From the UHGV virus genome UHGV-0141439: a stretch of 64,000 bases of DNA, one strand, 5' to 3'. Below are positions 8,799-19,608 of the stretch, piece after piece. The DNA comes from a virus. The position numbers and the translations under genes are program-made. Under the pieces are notes generated by a model. The model saw only the letters and a program-made list of their open reading frames with translations. It was not told the origin of the DNA and searched no databases. Numbering within the stretch: position 1 is the stretch's first letter; each line of letters starts with the position of its first letter.

Positions 8799-9452
8799 TC
8801 AAAGTATCACGGTATCTTCATCAACTTCTTTCCCAGTCAGTGTCTTTGACTGGGAGGTGCCTGCTTTAACTTTTTCATGCCCAATAATGGACAGGAACGA
8901 AGCGAGTATGCCTGTTTTTTGCTCTTTCTCGACTGTACCGGTCATCTGCTCTACGTAATCCGCACTGGCTACATTGTGGTATACGGTCGCGTAGCAACAC
9001 AGGATCATCAAAATATGCTCCGGCCTGATATCCTGCCAGTTCACCCGGTAGACTTCTTCTCCGTTACCGTTGTATTCGGTGTCAACGATGGAGTCAGGGA
9101 TTTCGAAAGCACCTTTGTTATTTTGCGGCAGGGATAATAGCTTCTGGAGTTTTAACTCTCTGTATCTTTCCATCCCGACGATGATTGCTGCTCTGCCATC
9201 GGCATGACGGGTCTTGAGAGTCACCTGGCTTGCTCCGGTGCCAGCGGAGATCGTTGGCGTAATTTCGTCTACCAGTACCTTAAATTTGCTTTTCCGCAGG
9301 GCTGCTATAGCTGGAGGAATTTTTTGCTTTTGCTCCAATGCTGACGCGGGAAGGGGTTTTACTTCGTTAATAATGAGAGCACCGTCTTTCAGTATTGCAG
9401 TGAGCATTTGAGGCTTGCTGGTGGTCAGGCTGAATATTGCGATCTTTTCCAT
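8799..9452 (-). CDS. Hypothetical protein
   Basis: Track ORF 8799-9494; best start is the ATG at 9452 (MEKIAIFSL...) after a GGAGGAAGG RBS. Confidence 0.5.
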   Translation of the reverse strand: MEKIAIFSLTTSKPQMLTAILKDGALIINEVKPLPASALEQKQKIPPAIAALRKSKFKVLVDEITPTISAGTGASQVTLKTRHADGRAAIIVGMERYRELKLQKLLSLPQNNKGAFEIPDSIVDTEYNGNGEEVYRVNWQDIRPEHILMILCCYATVYHNVASADYVEQMTGTVEKEQKTGILASFLSIIGHEKVKAGTSQSKTLTGKEVDEDTVIL

Positions 9453-9479
9453 TGTCCTTCCTCCACGGATGACGGATAC

Positions 9480-9503
9480 AAAAAAAGGCCGCACATGGCG
9501 GCC
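9480..9503 (-). terminator. Hairpin plus U7 on the minus strand, 28 nt upstream of the 9452 start codon (leader terminator/attenuator candidate)
   Basis: GGCCGC-ACATG-GCGGCC hairpin flanked by AAAAAAA on the + strand. Confidence 0.45.
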
Positions 9504-9720
9504 TGCTTTGGCGTTATGACTCCCTACCGCGCTTCGGCTGAAAGTTAATCGTCAAAAGAACCTTCAACGGGAGCCGTTAGCGCGATGGATTATGTGCAGT
9601 TTGTGATTTCCAAAATAGTGTCAACCACTTTTGGTGGATTTTATTTTTTAACCGAAATTTGGCCTAAATCATGTTTATGTAGTTAATTGTTTTTATAACA
9701 TAAAACTTCATTTTGTTTGC

Positions 9721-10344
9721 ATGAAGGATGGTGTAGTGAAGTTAAGGGCTTTAGGGGCCGCGCTCGCGGCTATGTTGGGATGCGTATCTGCTAATACTGC
9801 CAATGCAACTGCGTTACCTGCACAATTCAGGGCAGGGCAGCAGGTTATGAATAACGCTGGTGGAGATCATTCACAAGCGGCCATTATGGACTTTTGCAAG
9901 AGGGAGGGCATTCCATTACGGCCTGTTGGAACTCAGTTTATTGGTAAAACTGACTTTTGCGTTTTTGCATATACAGCATATCTGACGGACAAAGCTATAA
10001 CAAAAACAGGTTATTCAACCAAAGATACTCTTTCCAGATTAAGTCAGGGATGGCAGCAATTCGAAGTGTATCGCCAGCAAGGATTAGGTGAGTTATTGCA
10101 ACCTCTTTTTATGCTTGCGTTGGTGCCAGAGGGGCAGCAATTTTTGGTTAAAAAGGGAATGCTTCGCCAAAGTGATATTGCCGGGTTCGATAGCATGATG
10201 GCTTATGAGCGCAAACTAACCGAGCAGCGAAATAAAAAACCATCTGCTTCATGTGTGCAAAGTAAAACAGCAGAATACAGTGCAGTAGCCGGGCCTTTAG
10301 CCAAACAAATGGCAGAGCAATGGTGTAAAAAATACGGGCAATAA
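9721..10344 (+). CDS. Secreted protein or lipoprotein
   Basis: 207 aa; N-terminal signal peptide with a possible lipobox (AAMLGC). Confidence 0.45.
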   Translation: MKDGVVKLRALGAALAAMLGCVSANTANATALPAQFRAGQQVMNNAGGDHSQAAIMDFCKREGIPLRPVGTQFIGKTDFCVFAYTAYLTDKAITKTGYSTKDTLSRLSQGWQQFEVYRQQGLGELLQPLFMLALVPEGQQFLVKKGMLRQSDIAGFDSMMAYERKLTEQRNKKPSASCVQSKTAEYSAVAGPLAKQMAEQWCKKYGQ

Positions 10345-10364
10345 GTTACGCAGCGGAGGCAGAA

Positions 10365-10757
10365 TTGAAAAGATTGGCTATTGCTTTACTGGCGTCTTTC
10401 CCTTTGATCGCGAGCGCCGGAAATTTACAAGTTAAGTGCGGTCGGTTTGATATAAAAATCTATCCAGATGCCATATTTCTGAATGGGAATAAGGTTGATA
10501 ACGCACACCGAAAAACTGAATCTGACGTAATGAGCTATGTGTTCCAGGAGTATGCGGAGATGGGGGGAACTTACACGCTGTACTCGCTGGATGTTCCTTC
10601 TCGCGGTGATATGACATTATCCCATCAATGGCAGAACGCCGATGGCGAAGCTCTGCGCGAGGTTAAAACAGAAAAATGTGGCACTTTCCATTCTTTTAAA
10701 GGGAAAGCGCCAAATGTTAAATCTGTGCTTGAAAAACAGCGCGCAGGTGAGCTTTAA
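10365..10757 (+). CDS. Periplasmic protein
   Basis: 130 aa; signal peptide MKRLAIALLASFPLIASA; TTG start per ORF track. Confidence 0.45.
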   Translation: MKRLAIALLASFPLIASAGNLQVKCGRFDIKIYPDAIFLNGNKVDNAHRKTESDVMSYVFQEYAEMGGTYTLYSLDVPSRGDMTLSHQWQNADGEALREVKTEKCGTFHSFKGKAPNVKSVLEKQRAGEL

Positions 10758-11144
10758 ACACCTTTAACCACGGAGATGCCGTTCCCTGCACGATAGCGGC
10801 GGGGAACGGAATTCTCCATCAGGTCACGAATTACTCCCGCCTCATGTAGTTCCACTGTTTCCCAGTATCTGTTTGTCACCAATTACGCCCCTTTCCGCCA
10901 GGGGAAGGTATGAACGAGCTTCTGCTTCGGTTGCAGCCATGACGCAGATATACAGGTGTTTTTGGCAGGAATAGAAACGCCAGATAAATTCAGAATGAGT
11001 TGGGGTGGGGATAGTAGCGATATTGGCAGCCTCCTTTGACTAAGTTAAGGAGCTACCGCGTGAGGTTCCAATCCCGGCACCCGTTTTTCTAAGGTGCCGT
11101 AGAAATATACCCCACGATAAGGCCAGGGCGCAAAAGTCAGTATT

Positions 11145-11312
11145 TTATGCTTTGGCGGATTTCTTCCGGGCTTGCTTGCAGGCGTAGGCCATTGCTTTAG
11201 CTTTCACTTCATCCAGCTTCCCGGTGATCACTTCTTTTCCGAGAGTGACAAACCAGTCATAGCAACCGCCAGTGATGTTCTGGATTTGAAAGTTGAGGTA
11301 GCGAACGGTCAT
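11145..11312 (-). CDS. Small protein (55 aa), hypothetical
   Basis: Hand-translated MTVRYLNFQIQNITGGCYDWFVTLGKEVITGKLDEVKAKAMAYACKQARKKSAKA; GGGGG upstream. Confidence 0.25.
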   Translation of the reverse strand: MTVRYLNFQIQNITGGCYDWFVTLGKEVITGKLDEVKAKAMAYACKQARKKSAKA

Positions 11313-11633
11313 TTTGACACCCCCAGCGCGAGTAAAGAATGCAGATTATCGCGTGAGTGGCGGACAACGAGTGATGGGAAAAGACAGTAGCTGTTCATAG
11401 TGTAGTGACTCCTTGCTTTCGGAGCCGCCTTCGACTGTTCCACGGTCTGGTGGCGGCGCAATAAAGGCTGGAACACCGTGAGTCAACGGGGGCTTTTCAG
11501 CCACCTATATTGCACCGCCATAGGTATAGCGGCGGCAATAATACGAAAAACTAAACAGTTTGTCTCAAAAAGTTGACCGGTGTGCCAATCGGTAGTGAAT
11601 GTACATCGGAGAAATTTACAATTCAACTTAAAA

Positions 11634-11650
11634 TGTTAGAAAACTAATTT
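11634..11650. promoter_or_regulatory. 17-bp operator-like site TGTTAGAAAACTAATTT
   Basis: Matches the window-wide consensus; overlaps the ref stop codon. Confidence 0.5.
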
Positions 11651-12222
11651 ATCAATTCAATCGCCATCTGATACAACGTCATTTCATCGGCATTGTGCCG
11701 CATGAAATCTGCTTTTCCGCCTATTTTTCCATCAGCATGAACAGGGACCAGCCAGGGATATTGTTCTCGGACCTCGGCTGGCGCTGCGTACTGGTGGTGC
11801 CATTTACACAAAGGGAGGACATATTTATGCGCGTTCTCTGCCGTTCTCCCGAAGATATGGTGCAGGGATACCACTGGGCTATGTTGCCCGTGAATATGGC
11901 AGGCAATGCAGGGGAGAGTACCGATAGCGGTCTGTATCCGGCGTTCATCGGCTGTGAGTGATCTGCCCTTCAGGCCGCGTGACGTGCGTGTTTTTTTGGG
12001 CGGAGCGGATACCGCTTTATCTTTTCTCCGCTGTTCATATTGCTTTGCTTTTTCAATTTTCTTTTGCCGATATTCAGGCGATGCGGCTTTTTCTCTCGCT
12101 CGCTGCTGCTGGCGTTGAGCTTGTTGAAGGCGCTTTGCCCTTTGTTCCTCTCGCCAGGCTGGGTCAGCCAATTTTTGCATGGCTTTTTGTCTCTGTTTCT
12201 CCCAATAACTCTGTTTCTGCAT
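11644..12222 (-). CDS. ref: Ref-like HNH endonuclease (recombination enhancement function)
   Basis: 192 aa; very basic N-terminal half; C-terminal Cys/His cluster CIACHIHGQH...HH...CKWHH. Operator pair lies upstream, as for P1 ref. Confidence 0.6.
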   Translation of the reverse strand: MQKQSYWEKQRQKAMQKLADPAWREEQRAKRLQQAQRQQQRAREKAASPEYRQKKIEKAKQYEQRRKDKAVSAPPKKTRTSRGLKGRSLTADERRIQTAIGTLPCIACHIHGQHSPVVSLHHIFGRTAENAHKYVLPLCKWHHQYAAPAEVREQYPWLVPVHADGKIGGKADFMRHNADEMTLYQMAIELIN

Positions 12223-12270
12223 GATGGCAGTCTCTTACTTTTCAACGATTTTTCTATGATTGATCAAAAT

Positions 12271-12300
12271 TGTTAGATATTCAAAATTGATTTTCTAACA
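12271..12300. promoter_or_regulatory. Paired operator-like sites TGTTAGA-N16-TCTAACA
   Basis: Read directly; sits in the divergent region between ref and the 12495 gene. Confidence 0.6.
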
Positions 12301-12494
12301 CAAAATATTAATATCATTCCTGATAACTGTTTGGAGGACATGATGCTTATAGCTTTAAGTGCGATCCACCAGCCATCTGTGAATGAAATTGGCCTGTTCT
12401 ATGTGTTGTTTTTCGGGGCGTTGGCGCTACTTGAGCTTGGTATTGAGCTTTTCGCAGTGCTTATGTTTTGCGTCACGATTTTGGGGAAATTTTG

Positions 12495-13118
12495 ATGGTG
12501 AAACGTGTTTTGAAAATTTACATCGCGGGGCCGATGACTGGTTATCCAGATTACAACCGTGCGGCGTTTAATGCGAAAGCGAGCGAGCTGATGGCTGAAG
12601 GGCATATCGTTCTGAATCCAGCTGTGTTACCTGGTGGCCTTTGTCAGAGTGAATACATGGATATTTGCCTGGCAATGGTGCGTTCTGCTGATGCGATCTA
12701 TCTGCTTAAGGGATGGGATGTGTCCGCAGGAGCACGTGCAGAACACGCTCTGGCTGAAAAACTGGGGTTGACGGTAATTTATGAAGCACCATCTGACACA
12801 GATTGCAGAATGGCAGCGCATCTTTACCGTGAACTGGTCGATGCGTTACGTGATGTTGCTATTGAATGTCACGGCACGGATCAGCTTCGCGCTCGCTTAA
12901 GCCAAACCCTTTCCAGTTACCTGTCTTTAGCTGAAGGATACAACCTCCGGCAGCGGAGAATGGTCAAATTAATCACGCGTTTATCTCAATCCCTGGCAAA
13001 TGCCGAACCAACTAATCCGCTACCTAATGACGCAATGAATTATCTGAAGTCATGCGGCGTTGTTTCTGAAGATGCAGTTCGTTTTGTGGAGTTTATGTCT
13101 CAGAGGATGTCGGCGTGA
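12495..13118 (+). CDS. DUF4406-like (nucleoside 2-deoxyribosyltransferase-like) protein
   Basis: N-terminus KIYIAGPMTGYPDYNRAAFNAKASEL...DAIYLLKGWDVSAGARAEHALA; ATG at 12495 after GGGGA. Confidence 0.55.
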   Translation: MVKRVLKIYIAGPMTGYPDYNRAAFNAKASELMAEGHIVLNPAVLPGGLCQSEYMDICLAMVRSADAIYLLKGWDVSAGARAEHALAEKLGLTVIYEAPSDTDCRMAAHLYRELVDALRDVAIECHGTDQLRARLSQTLSSYLSLAEGYNLRQRRMVKLITRLSQSLANAEPTNPLPNDAMNYLKSCGVVSEDAVRFVEFMSQRMSA

Positions 13119-13432
13119 GCTGGCGGGGATGGGGAAGGGCAGAAATCATGATACTCCGCCAGTGCGCCGGAACTATGACGGTAGAGAGTATTGGGAAGCT
13201 GATCGGTCGTACCGGTGATGCCGTCAGGACTAAAGCGCGAGAGCTGGGGATCAGAATGATTCTGAAAGGTGACTTTCACCAGTCAGCCAAATATCGGCAG
13301 AGCGATATAGAGCTGGCGCGGCAGCTTCATCAGTGCGGTGTTCCCCGCCGTGAGATCGCAGAAAAACTCGAAATGCCCCTGGGCATGATTAATCAGTACG
13401 TTTATTTCGAAAGGAGAGTGCATGAAGTCTGA
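13115..13432 (+). CDS. Small HTH-like protein
   Basis: 105-aa ORF overlapping the upstream stop. Confidence 0.4.
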   Translation: MSWRGWGRAEIMILRQCAGTMTVESIGKLIGRTGDAVRTKARELGIRMILKGDFHQSAKYRQSDIELARQLHQCGVPRREIAEKLEMPLGMINQYVYFERRVHEV

Positions 13433-14123
13433 AGGTTTAACGCCAGAGCAACTGGCGGAGATCGAGCTTTACTATCCGTTACGTGAACGTTATTCACCGA
13501 AACCAGCGCCTAAATGCCCTGTTTGTGGCGAGGAAATGTCAATGCAGCGCATATCTGGATCACATGTTGTTTATGCCTGTTCCGGCATGGAGGATGACGG
13601 ATGCTTCAAAACTGGACGAACTTATGCTGACGAGCATTACAAAAATTCGCGCATATCAGTAGTTGATGGTAGCGATCCTGATGTGATTGAACTGCTTGAC
13701 GAGAAAGTGGAGATGGCCCTAACGCTTGAGAAGCTGCGTGTTGAGCTGGAGGCCGCTAAAAAGTGTATTGCAGAGCTGGAAAGCAATAGCGGGGCGCTGG
13801 TGGCGGAATGCCAAAACAAAAAAGCAGCACTTGAGGCAATTCTTAGCCATCTCCCAATTAATCATCCAGATATAGACATCGCATGCGTAGCGAACATAGC
13901 TCATAACGAGTTAGGTGAAGCGAAAAGCACTATATCTGAGGCTTATCTTGTAGAAATACAGGCTCAGGGATTGGAGGCATTCGCTTTGACGATGCGCGAT
14001 ACCGGAGATGATCCATTTTTTGATTCCGTTGCTTCTGCTTGCGCGGATGCGGCCGACAGGTTCGCAGCCCTGCTTCGTAAAGGACAATCCTGCCTGCGCC
14101 CGAACTTTGAAGGGGAAAGATGA
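13422..14123 (+). CDS. Ea22-like family protein, paralogue 1
   Basis: Coiled-coil segment [10 protein letters not shown]; shares central and C-terminal motifs with three other ORFs in the block. Confidence 0.45.
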   Translation: MKSEGLTPEQLAEIELYYPLRERYSPKPAPKCPVCGEEMSMQRISGSHVVYACSGMEDDGCFKTGRTYADEHYKNSRISVVDGSDPDVIELLDEKVEMALTLEKLRVELEAAKKCIAELESNSGALVAECQNKKAALEAILSHLPINHPDIDIACVANIAHNELGEAKSTISEAYLVEIQAQGLEAFALTMRDTGDDPFFDSVASACADAADRFAALLRKGQSCLRPNFEGER

Positions 14124-14446
14124 TGACCACATCTCATTCTGCAATTACCCAGGAAAAAGCCTTCCACATACTCGAACGATTAGAAACGCTCGCTACGGAG
14201 GAGAAGATATCCCCGGAGATGCTGGTCGAGTGCAGCCGTGTGATATTGCGTCGCAAGAACGACATCGCGCGGCTGACATCTGGCGCACCATCCGTATCAG
14301 CCAGTCCAACGCTTTATTGCAGCTTCTGCAACAAATCCCAGCACACCGTTAAAAAGTTAATTGCCGGGGACAACGCTTTCATCTGCAACGAGTGCGTGAA
14401 AGATTGCAACAACATTATCCAGGAAGAGCAAAGGGAATCAGCATGA
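14120..14446 (+). CDS. ClpX-type C4 zinc-finger protein
   Basis: [17 protein letters not shown]...FICNECV matches the ClpX N-terminal zinc ribbon. Confidence 0.5.
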   Translation: MMTTSHSAITQEKAFHILERLETLATEEKISPEMLVECSRVILRRKNDIARLTSGAPSVSASPTLYCSFCNKSQHTVKKLIAGDNAFICNECVKDCNNIIQEEQRESA

Positions 14447-15159
14447 AATTTTCCAAATTTTCTGAGTTGGTGAATCGTATTTTGTCCGACAACCACAGCC
14501 ATCGTCGCGATATGGATGTAACGATCGTTGTTCATTCGCCTGGTCGCATCGGTTCAACACCATCAGTTGAGGTTCAGTCAATTCAGGTGGGTTTTGATTG
14601 GGATGCCGGGAAAGTGCTGATTTTCCCAGCACAGCCACTGACCACGCTAACACCAGAACAGATTACTGATATCACGGATAGTGTGCGCAAAGGTCAGTCT
14701 TGGCACGCATATCAGGAATACAAGAAGCATAAAGAGCAGTTGGAAAAATTGTCGATTGAACTGGATGCTGCAAGACGGCGCATTACAGAACTGGAGAGCG
14801 AACGCGCGGTGCTGGCGGCGGAGAATGCGGAGCTGAAGTCTGTGCACCCTCAACCATTCGGAGCTGAGATGATGAAGGCTCTTGATGCGTATGAGAAGCA
14901 TCAGGATGAAGTGCCAGAGACTGGAATGCTCAATGCATTTTTCATCTTGCGCGACAGTATCTGTGTTGACACCCCAGCCACCGATGCTTTCCTGGCTGAA
15001 GTACGGGCGCAGGGGGTAGAGATGTACGCAGATAACCTCGACAACGGAGCAGACGACGCAGAACGAGGTGGTTTTGATTATGCCGTTAAGTTTCTACGCA
15101 GTGAAGCGTCTAGTGTACGTTTGTTCGCCGACCAGCTTCGCAAAGGAGGCAGCCAGTGA
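14443..15159 (+). CDS. Ea22-like family protein, paralogue 2
   Basis: Start ATG at 14443 overlaps the upstream TGA; C-terminus [17 protein letters not shown]...QLRKGGSQ is shared with 17734-18351. Confidence 0.45.
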   Translation: MKFSKFSELVNRILSDNHSHRRDMDVTIVVHSPGRIGSTPSVEVQSIQVGFDWDAGKVLIFPAQPLTTLTPEQITDITDSVRKGQSWHAYQEYKKHKEQLEKLSIELDAARRRITELESERAVLAAENAELKSVHPQPFGAEMMKALDAYEKHQDEVPETGMLNAFFILRDSICVDTPATDAFLAEVRAQGVEMYADNLDNGADDAERGGFDYAVKFLRSEASSVRLFADQLRKGGSQ

Positions 15160-15449
15160 ATATCGACACGACAATAACGATCGATACGCTCCTAAATACC
15201 GGTCTGGCACTTCTCGGTTGGCTTTACATCATGTCCCGTACATGGCGATGGCTGGGTTCCATTTTCCTGAAACAGTGGAAAAAACGGCGCAAACAGGAAC
15301 TACGCCAGAAGGCATTAGAAGCGTTCTATGACGCATTTGAACTTGGCAGCATTGAACCAGGCACAACAGCGAGGATAGCGACAAAAGGTGACCTGATGAT
15401 CGTGATGTTCCGACAGGAGAAAGCAAATGGCAGCAAAGCGAATGACTAA
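15156..15449 (+). CDS. Small membrane protein
   Basis: 97-aa ORF with one hydrophobic helix. Confidence 0.35.
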   Translation: MNIDTTITIDTLLNTGLALLGWLYIMSRTWRWLGSIFLKQWKKRRKQELRQKALEAFYDAFELGSIEPGTTARIATKGDLMIVMFRQEKANGSKAND

Positions 15450-15654
15450 TCGCGAACTTGTTGATGCCGCGATTGAACTTGCTGGCGATTTTTATTCCAT
15501 GATGGGTTACGAGCATCGACCTGGTTTTAAGTATTGGGAGTCACCGCATCCGCAAGAACAACAGGTGTTTGAAATGGCCTGCCGCGCTTTTGAAGTTATT
15601 CGCGGTTCTGATGTGATGGACGCGGTTGCTGATTTGGAGGATGTTGCAGAATGA
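15427..15654 (+). CDS. Hypothetical small protein
   Basis: 75-aa ORF in operon context. Confidence 0.35.
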   Translation: MAAKRMTNRELVDAAIELAGDFYSMMGYEHRPGFKYWESPHPQEQQVFEMACRAFEVIRGSDVMDAVADLEDVAE

Positions 15655-16334
15655 TCACCGTTAACGACCAGGCGTTATATAGCCGTATTGATGGTTCAGG
15701 ATACAGAAACATATGGGTTGTTGGTGATTTGCACGGTTGCTACACCCTGCTTATGAATGAACTCCATCGTGTGGATTTTGACCCGGCGCAGGATTTACTG
15801 ATATCAGTCGGCGACCTTATCGATCGCGGCACTGAAAATGTCGAATGCCTGGAGTTATTGCAAATGCCCTGGTTCCGGGCTGTCATGGGTAACCATGAGC
15901 GGTTGATGATCGATGCGTTAAGCCCAGCTGGAAACGTGAATAACTGGCTAATGAATGGCGGTCAGTGGTTCTTTATGCTGGATAGTGATAAGGAAGTTTT
16001 AGCCAGGGCGCTGGTGGAGCTGGTAAGGCAATTGCCTCATATCATTGAGCTGAACACCGGGCAGGAGACTATTGTCATTGCTCATGCTGACTATCCGGAT
16101 AGAGAGTATCAGTTCGGTAAGGCTGTGCCGCTTTTCAATGTCATCTGGTCGCGCGACCGTGTTAGTGATTCGATAGATGGCATCGGTGAAGAAATTACAG
16201 GTGCAGATCGATTTATCTTCGGACACACCCCGGCTAAAAGCCCAAAAGCATTCTGGAACCAGCATTATATCGATACTGGTGCTGTATTTTGCGGAAACCT
16301 GACGCTAATGCAGGTGAAGGGAGGGCAATCGTAA
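15651..16334 (+). CDS. Ser/Thr protein phosphatase (lambda PPase-like metallophosphatase)
   Basis: GDLHGC, GDLIDRG and GNHE motifs in canonical order. Confidence 0.8.
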   Translation: MITVNDQALYSRIDGSGYRNIWVVGDLHGCYTLLMNELHRVDFDPAQDLLISVGDLIDRGTENVECLELLQMPWFRAVMGNHERLMIDALSPAGNVNNWLMNGGQWFFMLDSDKEVLARALVELVRQLPHIIELNTGQETIVIAHADYPDREYQFGKAVPLFNVIWSRDRVSDSIDGIGEEITGADRFIFGHTPAKSPKAFWNQHYIDTGAVFCGNLTLMQVKGGQS

Positions 16335-16366
16335 GCCGGGTTACATCGTTTACGCGCTCAAAAGTG

Positions 16367-16396
16367 TGTTAGATTGTTGATTTTAATTTTCTAACA
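16367..16396. promoter_or_regulatory. Paired operator-like sites TGTTAGA-N16-TCTAACA
   Basis: Read directly; about 45 bp upstream of the 16439 start. Confidence 0.6.
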
Positions 16397-16438
16397 TATT
16401 ATTTTACCGCTCGGAACAAAACAGAGTCGGTATGCATT

Positions 16439-17434
16439 ATGAGTGCAATAATCACCCCATATGTCGTAAATGAAACTGGTGTGGCTGTCTTTCCTGTAGA
16501 TAAGCCCACCAGCAATTACATCGGCGCAGGCCGCCGTTTTCTTATCTCCCCATTGCCGCGCGAACAGGCTGAAAACACCCCTGATGGCGTCGTGGACCTG
16601 AATTATTCCCTGGTTGCCAACCAGTCACTGACACCCTTTTTTCAAAGTGAGCGCGTATTTAATGCGTTAGGTGGCGAGGATTCTATCGTTCACTGGGTTA
16701 GCACCAACATTCACGATTGCCAGGCGCATGATAAGCGCGATTGTAGCCACCAGCTAACCACTCACTTCTATAACGGTTCTGCCGTTCGCCTGTGCTGGAA
16801 GCATGATGCGGAATACATGATGAAGGGGTACAGCAAGCTGGACGACCAGTTATCCCTGAATCGCGCCAACTGGGTTATGAACTGGGCTGCGAGCGAGTTA
16901 AAACTACCGCCAGAACGCGATCTGAGCATGGTTGAACTCACTTTTTGGGCCATTCGCCGGAATCTGAAAGATGAGCTGCCAGATGAAGCCGGGCGCATTG
17001 CATTTTGTCAGCCAAAAACTGAAATCCCTACCGGTACGCTGAAAGAATCAGATATCACCTGGGAGCGCAGTACGCGCGAGCTGGTGGACATAACCGCAGA
17101 GCAGATCGTCAACCTGTCTGTAGATGAGGATTCTGGCCTCCTATATATGCGCCGTCCAAAAACCTTACTCGGAAAAAGCCCGGCTTATCTCCGCTTTGTG
17201 GTTTCTCGTCCGTGCATCGGATGCGGTGGCAAAGTTAACCACCCGTTCATGTACCGCGCCCGCTCGTTAAACGAACACGACCGCTGGGCTGTTCCTCTTT
17301 GCGATGACTGCGCCAGAAGCGCAGAAAACGATGTCCGGGCATGGGAAAAAGCACATGGCATACGCCTTTACGTAGCCGCTAACCAGCTTTTTGACTTCGC
17401 CATCGAGCGCGGAGTGATCACGTTCAATAACTGA
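16439..17434 (+). CDS. Prophage protein with C-terminal Cys/His-rich (DUF968-like) domain
   Basis: 331 aa; C-terminus RPCIGCGGK...HPFMYRARSL...PLCDDCARSAEND. Confidence 0.35.
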   Translation: MSAIITPYVVNETGVAVFPVDKPTSNYIGAGRRFLISPLPREQAENTPDGVVDLNYSLVANQSLTPFFQSERVFNALGGEDSIVHWVSTNIHDCQAHDKRDCSHQLTTHFYNGSAVRLCWKHDAEYMMKGYSKLDDQLSLNRANWVMNWAASELKLPPERDLSMVELTFWAIRRNLKDELPDEAGRIAFCQPKTEIPTGTLKESDITWERSTRELVDITAEQIVNLSVDEDSGLLYMRRPKTLLGKSPAYLRFVVSRPCIGCGGKVNHPFMYRARSLNEHDRWAVPLCDDCARSAENDVRAWEKAHGIRLYVAANQLFDFAIERGVITFNN

Positions 17435-17447
17435 TGGGAACAATGCA

Positions 17448-17747
17448 ATGAGTCAAGGTAATGGTGACGGAGCTGCAAAGTGCAGAATCTCCACTTGTTT
17501 GATTAATGACAAAAAAATAGAACCGTGCGCGGCGTTGGCACAATCTCTGGAGCAGGATGCTGAATACACGACGCGGAAAGGTCTGCTGAAATACAAAATC
17601 TATAACCATGAATTAATTCATTCACAAGACCTGATCATGCTGCGATCAGGCGAGTTTTCTAAATCGCCGATTCGAATTTCATTTTGCCCGTTCTGTGGTG
17701 AAAGTCTGAAAACGCGGGAAGCGGAGGCAACCAGTGAGCAAAATTAA
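17448..17747 (+). CDS. Small zinc-ribbon-like protein
   Basis: 99 aa with Cys pairs near both ends. Confidence 0.35.
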   Translation: MSQGNGDGAAKCRISTCLINDKKIEPCAALAQSLEQDAEYTTRKGLLKYKIYNHELIHSQDLIMLRSGEFSKSPIRISFCPFCGESLKTREAEATSEQN

Positions 17748-18351
17748 CTATCAAGAACTGCGCGAGGCGGCGGAACAGGCAACGCAAGATGAATGGGTAG
17801 CATATATTTTGCCGGGTCATAACGGCATTTATCCTGCGCGCACATCTGAGGGTAGGCATTGCGGATACTTTATTGACTGGCCTGGCATTGATGGACAAAG
17901 GAATGCTGGTGCTAATGCCCGTTATATCGCTGCTATCCCACCAAAAGTTGCGTTGTCACTACTGGATGAAATTAAACGTCAGGAGGACTCAAATATTGAT
18001 GCTATGTGCCGTATTGCAGAGCTTGAAACTAATATCGCGGCGCTGGTGGCAGAGAACGCCGGACTGAAACACGCAATGGCCGTAACTCTTGAGCATGTGT
18101 CGGTAACGGATGCAGGGCAGGCCGGAGTTGCTGCGATGATTATTAATGATGCCCTGCACCACAGCGAAACGCCAGCTACCGACGCTTTCATGGCGGAAGT
18201 GCGGGCGCAGGGGGTGGATATGGCTCGTAACGCGATGATTGATTTTGTTGATGGTGAAGTTGGGCCAAACAAGAACGTTCCGGGTCTGATTAGAGGCGCA
18301 GAGATATGCGTAAGTATTGCTGAACAGCTTCGCAAAGGAGGCAACCAGTGA
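17734..18351 (+). CDS. Ea22-like family protein, paralogue 3
   Basis: N-terminus MSKINYQELREAAEQAT; C-terminus [16 protein letters not shown]...QLRKGGNQ. Confidence 0.45.
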   Translation: MSKINYQELREAAEQATQDEWVAYILPGHNGIYPARTSEGRHCGYFIDWPGIDGQRNAGANARYIAAIPPKVALSLLDEIKRQEDSNIDAMCRIAELETNIAALVAENAGLKHAMAVTLEHVSVTDAGQAGVAAMIINDALHHSETPATDAFMAEVRAQGVDMARNAMIDFVDGEVGPNKNVPGLIRGAEICVSIAEQLRKGGNQ

Positions 18352-18833
18352 GCGAAATTAATTACCAGGCACTGCGTGAGGCGGCGGAACGTGCAACTCC
18401 AGCAATGGAACGCCTGTTAATGTTGCCAGCTGATGATGATTTGTTAAGTGAACAGGAACTTAAAGATTACGGTGTGGATATTGATGCGCTCAACGCCTTC
18501 AAATTTCTGATCGGACCAGAAACCGTGCTGGCGCTGCTGGATGAACGGGAAAGAAACCAGCAATACATAAAACGCCGCGATCAGGAGAACGAGGATATTG
18601 CGCTAACGGTAGGGAAGCTGCGCGTTGAGCTTGAGGCAGAAAAACAGCGGGCAAAGGATCTGTTTATGGAAAATGCTCGGCTTAAGTCAGGTATAGCCGG
18701 TCTGATACACCTCGGTATTCGATATGCGGATGTTGAGGTCATGAAAATTGCTGGAGATGCCCAGCTTTCTACCCCATGCACTGACAGCATCATAAACAGC
18801 ATTGCAACAGGCATTCGCATCGAAGGAGAGTGA
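18348..18833 (+). CDS. Ea22-like family protein, paralogue 4
   Basis: N-terminus MSEINYQALREAAERAT; coiled coil LRVELEAEKQ. Confidence 0.45.
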   Translation: MSEINYQALREAAERATPAMERLLMLPADDDLLSEQELKDYGVDIDALNAFKFLIGPETVLALLDERERNQQYIKRRDQENEDIALTVGKLRVELEAEKQRAKDLFMENARLKSGIAGLIHLGIRYADVEVMKIAGDAQLSTPCTDSIINSIATGIRIEGE

Positions 18834-18834
18834 C

Positions 18835-19608
18835 ATGACCACTTTAACCGACAAAGAACTGATTAAAGAAATCAAAGAGCGCATAGGCAGCTTGGACGTT
18901 CGAGACAATATTGAGCGCCGTGCTTATGAAATTGCACTGGCATCGATGGAAGCAGATCCAGTTGCTTATATTTTCAAACATCCGGCCGGGAAATTATTCT
19001 GGGCTTTAACGGATGAAAGCAATAAAGAGCAAGCGGACGTTATTCCTGTTTATGCCGCCCCTCCAGTACCAGTAGTACCTGCTGCATTACCTGAGAACGA
19101 CGATGATGACGGGCATGACATTGATTATCTTGAGCCATCTGAAGTTTACTCGCTTGGGCGAACAGCTGGCTGGAACGCCTGCCGTGCTGCCATGCTTCAT
19201 GGTGCCGAACCTGTAAGCCAAACTTACAAGTTGCCTCCCCTGTCATCCAACGAAGTAAACGACGCGGCATGGAAATTACGCAACATGCTTACTGAACACG
19301 GTCCTCTTAATGGGCGTCAGTTCAACAATCTGAAAGGTTGCTTCTATGAGGCATTAAAGGTCGCAATGCGCAACTATCCGGTAACTCCGGATGGTTGGAT
19401 AAGCTGTAGTGAGCGAATGCCGGATACCAAAACAGCCGTTCTTGTTGCCAAGGAGTTTGATAGGAAAGGTGACTGGCGAATGAAATGGGCGACTTACATC
19501 CCGGGGCATCCTGACGCTAATGATGGGTGGATCATTCCTGGGGCGTCGTGGAAACCGTCACACTGGATGCCGCTACCAGAACCGCCGCAGGAGGTTAACC
19601 GTGGCTAA
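18835..19608 (+). CDS. DUF551-domain prophage protein
   Basis: C-terminus WISCSERMPD...HWMPLPEPP; ATG at 18835 after GAAGGAGAG. Confidence 0.55.
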   Translation: MTTLTDKELIKEIKERIGSLDVRDNIERRAYEIALASMEADPVAYIFKHPAGKLFWALTDESNKEQADVIPVYAAPPVPVVPAALPENDDDDGHDIDYLEPSEVYSLGRTAGWNACRAAMLHGAEPVSQTYKLPPLSSNEVNDAAWKLRNMLTEHGPLNGRQFNNLKGCFYEALKVAMRNYPVTPDGWISCSERMPDTKTAVLVAKEFDRKGDWRMKWATYIPGHPDANDGWIIPGASWKPSHWMPLPEPPQEVNRG

